Source of the DNA: Macrostomum lignano
Taxonomy: Eukaryota
Length of the DNA: 64,000 nt
NCBI GenBank assembly: GCA_002269645.1
Contig: NIVC01002884.1
Span: forward strand, 1-64,000
Direction of reading: 5' to 3'
The translations under genes were made by a program, and so were the position numbers. The notes under the pieces were generated by a model. That model did not search any database. It saw only the letters and a list, made by a program, of their open reading frames with translations, and was not told the DNA's origin. Positions 25,808 to 38,200 of the stretch are shown here, piece by piece (positions within the stretch are counted from its first letter, which is position 1; each line of letters opens with the position of its first letter).

Positions 25808-26356
25808 CCGGAAGTAGCGACACGGGGGGTTGGGAGAATTGGGATAATTATACCCAGCAGTCTTGGCAAGGATGAGTAAGGAGATTTGGGATAAAATCTC
25901 TGAGAGGAAGTGAATTCCTTGTCAAAGCTATGAACTGCCGGCGTTACACTCGGCATCAGTCTTGCTTCCAAGTCTCACTTTGCAGATTGTTGAGTCACTC
26001 ATTGCGCTGCTCTGAGTCCTTTAGCTTTTGTATGAAGCCAATGATCCCCTATTTTCCCATTCTCTCCCCCCCCAACCAGAGCCAGAACCAGATCCTCTTC
26101 TCTGTTAGATGTTTGAGTAGAACAGAAAAAAGACCTGCTCAACTGAGACGTTGAGCGTGAAACGATTTCGAAAAGAATGAATTTCCAATTTCATAATCCT
26201 GCATGATTTACTATACTAGAAGGAATTACAACAGATAGGTAGGACTTCTAGAGAGTATCGGGACTGGAATCGATTCCTAGAATTCATACAATAATATGGT
26301 AAATGTTAGCTATATATTAATTACAAGTAAAGACTTACTGTGTTGTTAAACTAAAC

Positions 26357-26979
26357 CAGGGTTCGGCAACCTCCGGCCCGCAAAGACTTTCTATGCGGCC
26401 CGCGAACTTCCTTAATCTTAATTATTATAATCTGGCCCGCACCTTTATTGTAACTTCATTGTTTCTCCCACAAAAGTTTTGTGCACAAAATGGGGAATTT
26501 CTTTCCTCAATTGCCAACTTTAATGACAAAATAGTAATGAGACACGAACTGATCGTGTAAGTGGCTGTTTACAAACTCTAGACAGACAGCACATCAGTTC
26601 AAACTTTCGAATAGAATAGAAATAGGGGAACTGGCGGCGAAGGAAAGTGAGGTGGTGGCGGGCCAACAACGGGAGTACAAATGTAGTAATTTAATAAAGA
26701 CCCAGGGGCGGATTCTGGATGGTAAAGACCCAGGGGGCGGATTCTGGAGGGTAAAGACCCAGTGGGGCAGATACTGGAGGGTAAAAAACCAGGGGGCGGA
26801 TTCTGGAGGGTAAAGACCCAGTGGGGCAGATACTGGAGGGTAAAGACCCAGGGGGCTGATTCTGGAGGGTAAAGAAAGACCCGGGGGGGGGGTGAAGTAA
26901 TCGGGGGCGACCTGTGGCCCGTGGTCTTGAACTGAAAGCCTCATCTGGCCCTCAAGTGGAAAAAGGTTGCCGACCCCTG
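26357..26979. mobile_element. Non-autonomous hAT (Charlie-type) MITE, 623 bp
   Basis: 16-bp TIRs CAGGGTTCGGCAACCT / AGGTTGCCGACCCCTG (1 mismatch); perfect 8-bp TSD AACTAAAC at 26349-26356 and 26980-26987; internal 30-bp tandem repeat at about 26693-26880. Confidence 0.92.
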
Positions 26980-28440
26980 AACTAAACTATATAATCTCTA
27001 CATGTAGTTTTAAAAGCGTTTTTTTTCACTCTTTCTCCGGGCTGCGGGTCCCAAATTCCATCCAGTGGCTGCTTAGCCAGGGACTGCTGTATAAATAGCA
27101 ACGTTGGACTTAAAGCAAAAATTTCCTCTCCTCTCTCATCTCCTCTTCTGTCTCTTCTCATCTCTCCTATTATCTTCTCTTTCATCTTTTCTCTAATCCC
27201 ATCTCTCATCTTCTCTCTCGTATCTCGTCTCTGCCTTCACCTCTCGTCTCATCACTTGACTTACTTGACTTGACTTACATGTAATCTCATCTTTCAGCTC
27301 TTCTCTTTCTCATGAGCTGGATTCTTTGTCTGGCCCTTGAGGTAAAAAATATTCTCCAACACCTTGTGTAAATAAGCAAAGAGCATGACACACCAGCTAC
27401 TGCAGGGATCCGTGAGCGCGTCTTACACTAGCTTCCAGTCCAATAGTGATACATCTATAGAAGTCCCTGGCCTAACTGAATGAGTTAGAATATGTTGATG
27501 CTCTGTCAGATTTTTTCCTACAGTGTTGGTAGTTGATAGAAAGTGTTGGACCCAATGGAGACGCAGTGATATTTCTAAGCCAGAGGCAGCTTGGAGGCAA
27601 GCTGTAGCTACAGTTAGGAAAAAATTGAAGAAAAAAGCAGAAAATTCGGGATCCACATAAACAATAACACGCACCAGTAACCAGGATTTGTAAAGCAAAC
27701 GCATACAGACAGACTGCCTGCCTGCCTTATATCTGCTTCATTGTCACCAACAATAAATGATTAGTAATCGCATATCAACCATAGGATTTTATGCGTGGTA
27801 TCATATTAGTAGTATACCGGATGTACACAAGACTCCAAATCAGGACTGCAAGCCAGATGACAGAGGAGAGGGAATAGAGGAGAGGCGAGAGACGAGAGAG
27901 AAGATAAGTGGAGAGATGGGAGTAGAGCTGAGAAGAGACAAGTCTTAAGCAGACCGGATTGCTATTGTGAAGTTTCAAAGGACTCGACCCGAGGGCCGGA
28001 TTGAGAGGAGTTCGCCACGACCTCTGTTGTTGGAAGTATGCTCAGTCTACAAAGTTGTATAGAAAAATGGCCCTAGTCGTCAGAACTCCATTCATTATCC
28101 TAAGAAAGTCAATGTCACGTGATACGCAATCGAACGAGGATAAATGAAGTGAATCTGCTTATAAAGCCGTTTCGGAAATACGACAATTAGAAAGGATGTT
28201 CTCGAATGAGTCCCAAATCGGCTAGGGATTTGTAATTTGTAATTTTTTAACGATCGAGGTAAAATCAACGTCACAATCGGTAAGCAGTCATGAGAGCACG
28301 AACACGAACAGGGTGTACTGCAGCCAATTGACATTGTGAGGCAGTAGTGTACACCTCTCAATGCCTTGGACCCTTGGAGGTTGGCCCTTCATGGGCGTGA
28401 ACTGCAGGACAATTTTCTTGGACAAGCCTCAAATTAATGT

Positions 28441-28514
28441 GGTCGAGCACGGAATCGAACCCGAGTTCGTGGGCACGAGAGTTGGGCGCGTTCACCGCTG
28501 AGCTGTACTGGCCC
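28441..28514 (-). mobile_element. tRNA-derived SINE head or tRNA pseudogene
   Basis: Minus strand GGGCCAGTACAGCTCAGCGGTGAACGCG...GGGTTCGATTCCGTGCTCGACCA has an A-box-like AGCTCAGCGG and a B-box GGTTCGATTCC; acceptor and T stems are imperfect. Confidence 0.6.
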
Positions 28515-31401
28515 TTGAGGAAAGTCTGACTAACTACGCTCCTAGGATACACACTTCGGCCCGAGGGTCAACACCCAGCCATGCGAGACGTCACGCGAAT
28601 ATTTTAAACCTGGCACACGCAACCTCTCCTTTCCCTGCTCACTCTACTCTCTCTCTCTCTAACCAAGTTCCCGCCCGTGTTTTTCTCGATTGATCCCAAT
28701 TTGTCCCCGCGGATCGAGTCAAATCGAGTGCCGGCATCCACACGCCATGAAGCCTCGTCAACCATCCAGCGACACACACACACACACACACAAAATCACG
28801 GACACGCAAGTGGCTGCTCGAAGCCAAAAGCCGAAATCTCTCCGTGTCCCCCGGCGGTGCGCACGTGTTTCGTGTCACCCCGGACTAATTCTATCAATTA
28901 AAGCGAAACCATGCCAACACAGACCCAGTTGACTCGATCTGGGCGGGGCCTCGGCATAGGGTCCGAACGCAACTGCATATGTCGAGCGAGGTCAGGGAGC
29001 TCTCTCTCATTAAGAAGAATTTCTGAGTTTTTAGTCTGACTTGAAGGGACTGAGGCTTGGGATTTTTCTTCCTTGGTTCTTTTCTCTCTCTGCTCTCGTC
29101 AGCCTGCAGTGAGGAGGCTCCGATCCCTTGCGGTGAAGGAGCACCGACCGCATGGGGAATACAGTATATTAAAGCCTGCTCTAATGCTGGATCACCGATT
29201 AGATGACTGTTTATGGCTCTTTATACTCGTAAAACAGTGTTTACTTAACACTCTATTTTAACACTTCAGTAAAAGAGCGGGGAAAGAGCCAAAATACACT
29301 ACGGAGACTACTGAATGATCTTTTCATAATATATTGTTTACGAAATCCGTATTTTTACTAAATAAAGCTTTTTAAAACAGCAATGAACCACTAAAAACAA
29401 GCATGTCATACTACTTGCAATTGTTATTCTTCTTATAGGCAATAAAGTGACAATAACAACAAAATACTGCAAGCACTGGTATGACGCCTCATGGGAATTC
29501 CTGCTCCTGTACTGTACTTACTACTACCAGTAGGAATGTCAATTTTCTTATTCCCTTTTTCTTCCCCGTTCTTTCTTTCCCTCGGGCGTCTCCCAGGTCT
29601 CCATCTATAAATATTCCTCTCATGCCTTTTCTTTGTCACCAGATGGTCAAGGCATTCGGCAGCCGCCATCTGGTATGCGGGCCTGCGGGTCAACGAGTAC
29701 AGGCGCAACGAGTACAACGAGTACATGGTCTGGGAGAGTCAGGTGACTGGCGTTTTTTCTCTCATTTTTGACACGCTACCAATCGCGTGAGATGTTGACC
29801 TATTGTTCAAATTTATACAAGAGTGACAATTTTTTAAAAGTATACTTTTTTAATCTTAACATTCCTGCGGATTATCCCATTGCACTTCAACCCTGATCTT
29901 ATGCATATTAGGCGTCTTAGGCAAACTCATAAATGATTTTGTATCAAAATTTGACGACCTTATTGCCGCACCTGTCGTTTTTGAGAGATGCCCGCGAAGC
30001 CTAATACATGCAGGATCTCTTGTATTTTCGCGTCTTAGTAGCAACGAGCTCAGCCAATCAGAATTGACGAGTTCCACTATAACAAATCATAAGCCAGTTG
30101 GTTCGTTTAGAGTCTGCATGGTGCTTGCGGTCTCAGGATTCCTTGGCCAACCGGGCAGTCTGAGCATCTGATTTGGTTGGTGAGAGGCTACAGCTTGAAT
30201 CTGCTTAGTTGGGAGCACTCTTTATCTGACCCCGTTTTCAGTAGCTTTATTGAGCATTGCACTTTGCCAGCTTGCTTTTCCTGTGCTAAACTCGAGTCAG
30301 AAATCCAGCGTTTAATACTAAGAGTAGCTTATTCTCTCTGGATCAGTTTTTGCGAGTTTATCAAGAAGGTAAATCTGATGAGGTATTTGATTTTGTTTCT
30401 TGATTCTTTGACAGCTAAGCTGAAGGTGGGGGTCACAGTGGATTGAATGGCCAAGCAGTACACAGCTGATAAACCAATCAATCATTTTGAACCAGAATTC
30501 AAGCCATTCATGTACTTTAGTGCTGACTCAGGCATAGAAGAGGCTTACCTAGCATGTAAGACTTCACCAGCTAGGGTCTCAGAGGGCTATGACTGCTTAA
30601 CATCAGCGTTATTGGCAAGTTTGTAGTCACATTAATGGCCAGAAGCTGCCCCGCTCAAACTATGCATTGCTCTGCATTTTGTCAGCTGACCTGCTTGCCT
30701 GCTTGACTATAAAATACACTGTCTTGAATAATTTGCCTTAAAAAATATATGAGCCTTGTAATAGGGTCTTTGGAGGCCAGTGTGTTAGAAGATCTTTCTG
30801 GCCTGTGAGCAGAAGTTAGCAGGAAAATAAAACCTGTTGAAGCATATACAAAGCTTTCATAATGGAAAGATTCATTCTTCTAACTGGGCCACCGGTGTAA
30901 AGAATAAGTTGAGCTACCGTCGTCTTATTATTGTCAATCGCCAGAAGTAGGCAATGGGTACGCGGTGGGGTGAGTCTAGTCCAATAGCCCCCCTTCCCAA
31001 ACCTTTTAGTTGCTTTTCATTTGCCAGGTAAAATACTGTAGTTATTTATCCAAGTCTTCTTTGGATAGTTTATTAGCTAGTTGTTGCAATTCGAAGGCCA
31101 GGGAGACACAAAATGGGGTACTCAGCAGATTTAGTTCAGTGCCATCCTGATCTACCTTTTCCACTTAGATACCTGCATGAAACGTTGTATTTTTTAATTG
31201 AAGTTATTTAGCAAAAGAGTATGTCACTTTTGATGGTGCTTACAGTGTTTCACTTCTGTTTTATGAATATATCAGAAGCAACCAGTGTACCTAATCTGTT
31301 TATAGACTGTAGTAAATTCATTATAACAACTACTATATAGGGATTCAGAAATTCAGCATACAGGTTAGGGCCTAGGGCTACAAGAGGGGAGTTTAACAGT
31401 A

Positions 31402-33058
31402 GAACTACCAAGGGGGGGGGAATTCCCCCCCTGACAATTTTTTTTGCTGCGCCGGAACGGAGCAACGCAGGCACACAAAATTCAAGAACACGAGCTAACT
31501 TTTTGTTGCGCACCTTCTCAAACAAAAATCAAGTCGCCAGCCCTTCGGACCGTCGAGATATTCGACGATTCTGCCAGAAGGTCGGATTTTTCCTAGAAGC
31601 GCTAGTGTATTCAGTACACCCCTGTGCGCCAATCAGCACTGCGCCTCAGTGCAGCCTTGCTAAGTCTCCAAATTTCATCAGCACGTCGACCACATGTGTC
31701 TGCATCAGTTCTGACTTCGTTGGTCACTAGCCTTCACCCAGGTGGAGCTTCTGGACCCTCAACAGCTGTGGCACCAGGTGACTATGGACACCCTGATGCT
31801 GATTTCTCTAGTTTCGCCGATCAAGCCTCGACAGTGGGCAAGCCTCAACTTCTGAAAACCCTCAGCTAGTCTCTCGAGCCTTCAGTCATCATTCCGACGC
31901 CGTCGGCACCTTCAACAGGTGGCACCAGGTGAGTAAGGACACTTGAGTGTGATTTTTCATCATGCTCTTAACATTTCGAAGCTCTCAAAATTTTTTAAGC
32001 ACGGACATTGCTATAGTTCTGCTTGAACTCATGTTGCTGTATATTTATATTATTATTACACATACTTTTATACATTCCGAAAGAAACCGATTGAATTTAC
32101 TGGCACGCAAATAAAATTTAGGTTTTTTCATTTTTTAAAAGCATAACCCTTTGTGCATAAAAATTGGGTTCGATATTATAGTTCAATAAACTAAACAGCT
32201 TGTCAAATAAAATATGTATGTAGCTTGTATGTATAAAAGTTATGTAATAATAATATAAATATACAGCAACATGAGTTCAAGCAGAACTATAGCAATGTCC
32301 GTGCCTAAAAAATTTTGAGAGCTTCGAAATGTTAAGAGCATGATGAAAAATCACACTCAAGTGTCCTTACTCACCTGGTGCCACCTGTTGAAGGTGCCGA
32401 CGGCGTCGGGGTGATGACTGAAGGCTCGAGAGACTAGCTGAGGGTTTTCAGAAGTTGAGGCTTGCCCACTGTCGAGGCTTGATCGGCGAAACTAGAGAAA
32501 TCAGCATCAGGGTGTCCATAGTCACCTGGTGTAATCTGTTGAAGGTGCCGACGGCGTCGGAATGATGACGGAATGCTCGAGAGACTAGCTGAGAATGTCT
32601 GGCGGCTGATTCTTGCCCACTGTCGAGGCTTGATCGGCGAAACTAGAGAAATCCGCATCAGGGTGTCCATAGTCACCTGGTGCCACAGCTGTTGAGGGTC
32701 CAGAAGCTCCACCTGGGTGAAGGCTAGTGACCAACGAAGTCAGAACTGATGCAGACACATGTGGTCGACGTGCTGGTGAAATTTGGAGACTTAGCAAGGC
32801 TGCACTGAGGCGCAGTGCTGATTGGCGCACAGGGGTGTACTGAATACACTAGCGCTTCTAGGAAAAATCCGACCTTCTGGCAGAATCGTCGAATATCTCG
32901 ACGGTCCGAAGGGCTGGCGACTTGATTTTTGTTTGAGAAGGTGCGCAACAAAAAGTTAGTTCGTGTTCTTGAATTTCGTGTGCCTGCGTTGCTCCGTTCC
33001 GGCGCAGCAAAAAAAATTGTCAGGGGGGGGGGAAATTTCCCCCCCCCCTTGGTAGTTC
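31402..33058. mobile_element. Foldback-type element with about 670/830-bp inverted arms and an AT-rich spacer of about 155 bp
   Basis: 31402-32073 is the reverse complement of 32231-33058 at very high identity; mirrored ORFs (31250-31525 vs 32929-33153); right arm has an extra copy of about 150 bp; no TSD recognised. Confidence 0.88.
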
Positions 33059-34559
33059 GACAGGCGGAAAAATGGCTTGGTATTCCTACTGTTTTAAAGC
33101 AGGCGCGGGGAGGCCAGAACAATAGAAATGGGCATAGGCTGAGCCTACAATAGGACACGCAGCGCATGGCAAAGCTACAGCAGCCTCCATCAATTGCAGA
33201 CAGACATCAAAGGCGAGGCGGCAATTTGACCTGGACGGTTGACAGGCGGTGACGGCCGGCCGGAGAATTCTTAATGAGCCCGGCGCGGAGGCCGCACCTG
33301 GGGAGGAGCTGCGGGCAGGCCTGGGACCGACGCCCAACCCCGATCGGCGTGGCAACCGAGGGGTGGATGCGTGAGCCGGCCCGCACAGAAGGACAGTGAA
33401 CTGAACTCCCCCTAGATGCTCTAACGCAACCAGAGTAATCCGCCAAGTCTAACCGTCTAACCCTCGCCCCCGTAGTTACGGGCATGTCTAGTGCTGTTAA
33501 TTGCATGCGCTGTGTTGTGTAAACCCTCCCGTCGTGAGGAAAGCGTTTCCCCACCTCATCGGCGGCAGGGGACGAAGTCGTAGAGCTCTGCATAAAGCAG
33601 GAAGCCCGGAGGCTCAAACCTTGGCTGAGTTTAAGCTAGAAACCAATTTTTTGTTGGTGATCTTTGTGATAATTACAACGAACTTGAGCCATAAGGCGAC
33701 CTCTAAGTAAGCTCTTACGATAAACTGACCAAGTATACATACAAGAAAGGAGCTTACATACTACAACTCAGAATTTAAGCTTTTACTCAATAGATACTAG
33801 CTGAGGTTTTACTTATAGAAAAGTGTTAAAATGCTCTACTTAATTAAGACAAAGACATTGACTGAGTCTTAGTCTCATTGCTTTTATTGTCCTATACACG
33901 ACTGAAAACGTCAATATATATTTTTGCAGAGCAGCACATACTGCAAAGGAACTCCAGCGCACAAGATTCTCGGCATCGAGCCGCTGTAAAAGAGTGACTG
34001 TTGTTTAACAGCAGTTGCAGCTCAGCACATTAGCGGAAACGGCTGAGTGGTGAGCAGCAAACTGAGTAATTATAATTATGCTTCTACCGACACTTAGCTA
34101 TAAAACCTAATTATCGACCTGACTTATAGTCTATTTGTCGTAATTCTACTTCAAGTAGTCTCTTCATTTCCCATTTCGTTCGTTCGTCTTGCTCTTTTCT
34201 GGTCTTGTGAAATTTTTCCTCATAATTATTGATAAGTAGTGGCGTAGATAGATGGAAAGCTTATTTGGCCTTATTTAAACCAATTAAGTCTACTTTGAGT
34301 ACGTACTATAATACTATCAAATATAAATAATCTATAGTAATAAAATTATATAATATAGTATAATATTTTCTTGGGGAAATTAAAGAATACCACAGCTCAG
34401 CTCATCTCTTCCAGCAGTCTATCTATCAGCACGTGTCAATGGTAAAATGCAACTTTTGCGTATACTGTAAAGAAGTTAGCAACTGTACGCTCGTGTGTGA
34501 AAGCGTTGTAAAGCAGACGCAAACCCGAGGCACATGACACTGTTGGTGGTGGTGACGGT

Positions 34560-34795
34560 GGTTGCTAAACTTTTCGACGATGTGATTTTTCGAGCTTATG
34601 AAGGCTCCATCACAAGCTCGAAGGGTCACAACGTCGAAAACTGATTTAGCAGACACCGTCACGATTGCTCGAAAAGGTACAAGCTCTAACCGTAACCCTA
34701 ATTAACCTAACCCTACCCAAACCCCAACCTTTTTCGAGCTTGTGATGGTGGATGCTTTTCGACGATGTGATTTTTTGAGCTTGTGATGGGCCCCC
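34560..34795. mobile_element. Possible non-autonomous Helentron/HINE-like element
   Basis: Repeated TTTTCGACGATGTGATTTTTCGAGCTT, inverted GCTCGAAAAGGT / ACCTTTTTCGAGC pair, central TAACCGTAACCCTAATTAACCTAACCC telomere-like tract; family assignment is by resemblance only. Confidence 0.35.
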
Positions 34796-35224
34796 ACACT
34801 GTTGACAGGCCAATGTCATACAGCTGTGCAAAGTTAGAAGTTTATGAAATGAAGGGCCAGTTTGCCTCTCATCTGCTTCAAGGTCAGCCGATCGGTTCTC
34901 TTCGGCACAAGCTATGAAGCATTGGATTATTCCTGGGGTCAATTTGGTGTGCTTTTTACCTCCTAGAGGGGACAGGGGAGTCTGGAGGGGAAGGAGGGGA
35001 GGATGAACAGAATCTGGTAGCGAACTATCAGGCCCGATAGTGAGCGGCTAAGTTGTTAAATTTGTTTCAAAAAAGAGAATAGACAAAACTCTCTAATTTA
35101 TGCAGTCGGGGAATAGGGGAAGAAAACTAAGGGATAGAGAGAAGATTGGGAGACCGCCAAGTCATTTAAACCCAAAAAACTAAATTCTAACTGTTTTCAT
35201 ACTTTGCAGTCGTAGCCGCTTGTC

Positions 35225-38200
35225 ATGAGCGATTCATCATCAACAGCCAATGCGGAGCTGATGGATGACGAGAAGCTAAAAGAAAATGCAGAGCAGGAAA
35301 AGAAAGAAAAGGAAGAGAAAGAGGAGAGGGAAAAGCAGGCTGCAAAGGATTTTGTGGCCGCCAAAGAGAAAGAGGCCATTGAGAGGCACACAGAAGAGTC
35401 ACGGGCATTGAAAGCCGTAGAAAAGCATGCTGAGCAAGCGGCAGCAGGCGAGAGGAATCAAAAGCTGCAAGATAATTCAGAAGCTCAGAAAAAGCTGGAC
35501 TCAGGCCAGCAAATGCTAGAGCAGAATCAACAGCAGAGGCAACAATTGACTCGACCCCTATCAGACACTGAAGTAGTTGAAGTCCTATCCAGTGCTGCAG
35601 AGGGAGCTGCTTTAAAAGGTTTGTTCTTCTTGGAGGGCCAATGGGTTCGAAAAGAGCGTCAGCTCATGGAGATTTGCGAACCATTATCATTTATTCCATC
35701 AGATCTGAGTAAAAGCTTTTATGAGGAATTCTCCACACAGAAGCAGCTGGACAACTTCAGCTCGTCTTTGACTACAGGGGAGCTGAAAGTTGGAATGCAA
35801 GCAGATGTCAATGTTGGACTTTCCGCAACTAAAGCGAAAGCAGATGCCTCATATTACAAAGAAGGCACTCAGGGCACAGAGAAGCACAAAACGAGCTGCT
35901 TCATCTCCCGTTGCCGTGTTCACACCCAGGCAGCTGGCGCATGCAATTTAAAGCAGTCTCAGCTTCGACTTTCAGCAGAAGCTGTAGAAGAGCTAAAGAA
36001 GATAGATAAAGAGCTCAATCTGAAAGGCAAGGCTGACAGCTCGATTGAAAGTTTTTTCTCCAACTTTGGCAGCCATGTAACTTACGGAACAGTGTATTTT
36101 GGGACCCTGTTCGTTACAACTGCAGAGTACAAGAGCGAGAGATTGGAGGACGCTGAAACGTACCGGGAACTTGTGAGCAAGGAATTAGATGCATCTTTTG
36201 CGACTGCTTTTGGACCCCGGGTCGGTTTTGGAGCGCATGGCAGACTTGCAAAGGGAGAATCTACAAATCGAGAGTGTTCAAGCGATCAAAGAATGGAGAA
36301 TATTGTTATAAAAAGCACTGAAAGAGGCAACGGTGGCACTGTTGAAGAGCCCCAAAACTTTGCTATCATCACAAAGCTATCATCTCAACATGGAGCTTGG
36401 AACTTAGTAAAGCATCACAAAAGTGAGTTCCACAACCCTTCAGCCCTGTCACAAGCACTCAAGTCCGTGTGGGAGTCCCTCACTGGTCTTCGCGACGAGG
36501 AAGTGGATGGCGAATGCTCTGATGCAATTGAATCAGCAAATGAATTCGTTAAAGGCGTTTGCAGCGTCATCAGCAACTCAGGCCAAATTCAAACTCTGAA
36601 GCAGTGGGAGGATCGCTTGAGAACTGTGTGCGACAAGCTGGAACGAATTGAGCAGCTCACAGTTCCTGATCGCAAAGGTGAAGGCTGGGTGCACTTAGAA
36701 AGCGTTCAGCAGTTTCTTGAAGCATTCTGGTCGGAAAAGCGTGATCTGGATTGCTTTGAAGGAGAAGCCATCAAAAAGCAATTGAAGCGCCTGATTGAGC
36801 TGTCGGGAAGCAAAGAGTTTCCGAAAAAAGAAAAGATTGTCTGCCTAATGCAGGAAAAATCGGTGAAACCGAAGTACACTGCTTTGAGTGATATGCGAAT
36901 CACAACACCGGAACAACTATTAGATGCTATCCGCAGCCGAACGCTACCAGACATGCAAAGAGAGATCAGCAAGCCGGGTTGTGATGAAGAAAAAGTGTTA
37001 CAAGTTGTTCGGCAAGACCTCACAGCTGCAGTGAGACATTTGCTCAAGCATCTTGAAGCCGATCAAAAAAGAGCACTGTTTGTGACACTTTTGGCTCTTC
37101 TAGAAGCGTCGTTTCAGCTTGAAAACGAAGAATTCGACTTGCTACTCACTCGAGAAAAGATTGAAGCAATGACTGAAAATCTTGATGAAATGATTCAGGA
37201 ACTCAGGAAACTTGAAAACACTGGAGAGCCACAATTCATTGATTGTCAGTTGTTAAAAATCCTGATCCTACATGAAGGAGGTAAATGGAGTTTTCGTGAA
37301 AGTGCTATAAGCCTGTTGAACCATGTTGCCTGGACTTCAACAGTGCGACAGGCGGTAGAGAGTTTCAAGACGTCTAAAGACTGGAACAGTTTGAGCGAAA
37401 AAGTGAATGGACTATTGACAAACTTCACCAGGGATGGAAAGCCGCTGCAGCTCAGCTTTGCTGTAGACGAACCCTCACAAAATTCGGTTGAAGTGCCATC
37501 CACAGAGTTTCTGGAAGTGACACGAAATTCTCTTACAGAAGACCAGAAAAAACTTTTCAGGATTTTAAATCTAACAGAGAGCTTTCCGGACAAGATTACT
37601 CCCTGTGAAGTCATGAAGCTTCAGGATGAGAGTCAAGCTTCGCCAAACCACATGGAAGATATTGCTTATCGAATATTGAAAGCAGTTATTATGACTGACT
37701 ATGAATCGGTGAGGAATTTTTTAAAAACTAAGTTAAAAACCTCGTCTCCTGCAGCACCTGCAGCGATAAAAAACGGTTGGTATAAAGGCGAGGACAGCTC
37801 AAAAGCTGAGGAAGGTGCAGAGGTCTCACCGTTTCCTTCGGATGTTTTTCTTGCCTGTTTTCTTTGCTGCGATGCCAGGCTAAAGCAGCTGATAGCAGAG
37901 AAGCTTTTCGACTGCAAGATGGCTGTTCCGATAGCTTGGAGTGCTGCAGAAGGTGTGCAGCTGTTCACCTGGCCTCTCAGATCATGCGTTCTCAAGTACA
38001 AAGTCCATGGTGAAGTCAATGTTCAGAAGCATATGATTTCTGATTATTTTCGTGTGATATCTGTACTTAGGCTTGGCGTTAGCACGGTTTCTAAGTCTCA
38101 GATAATCAACAAGTGCATCGATGACAAACATTTGGCGTTCAGCGAGCCATCGGAATCAAGAAGCAGCAGAATTTTAAGTGCCGGCAGCATTGAGCAAGCT

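Noticed and set aside
28441-28514. Functional tRNA gene
   Set aside because: Acceptor and T stems do not pair properly and there is no clean anticodon arm; treated as a SINE head or pseudogene.
29856-30500. Possible LINE ORF1 remnant on the minus strand
   Set aside because: Only vague compositional resemblance; no diagnostic motif I can cite.
31250-33167. Mirrored ORFs in the foldback arms as transposase fragments
   Set aside because: No recognisable transposase motifs; their duplication simply reflects the inverted repeat.
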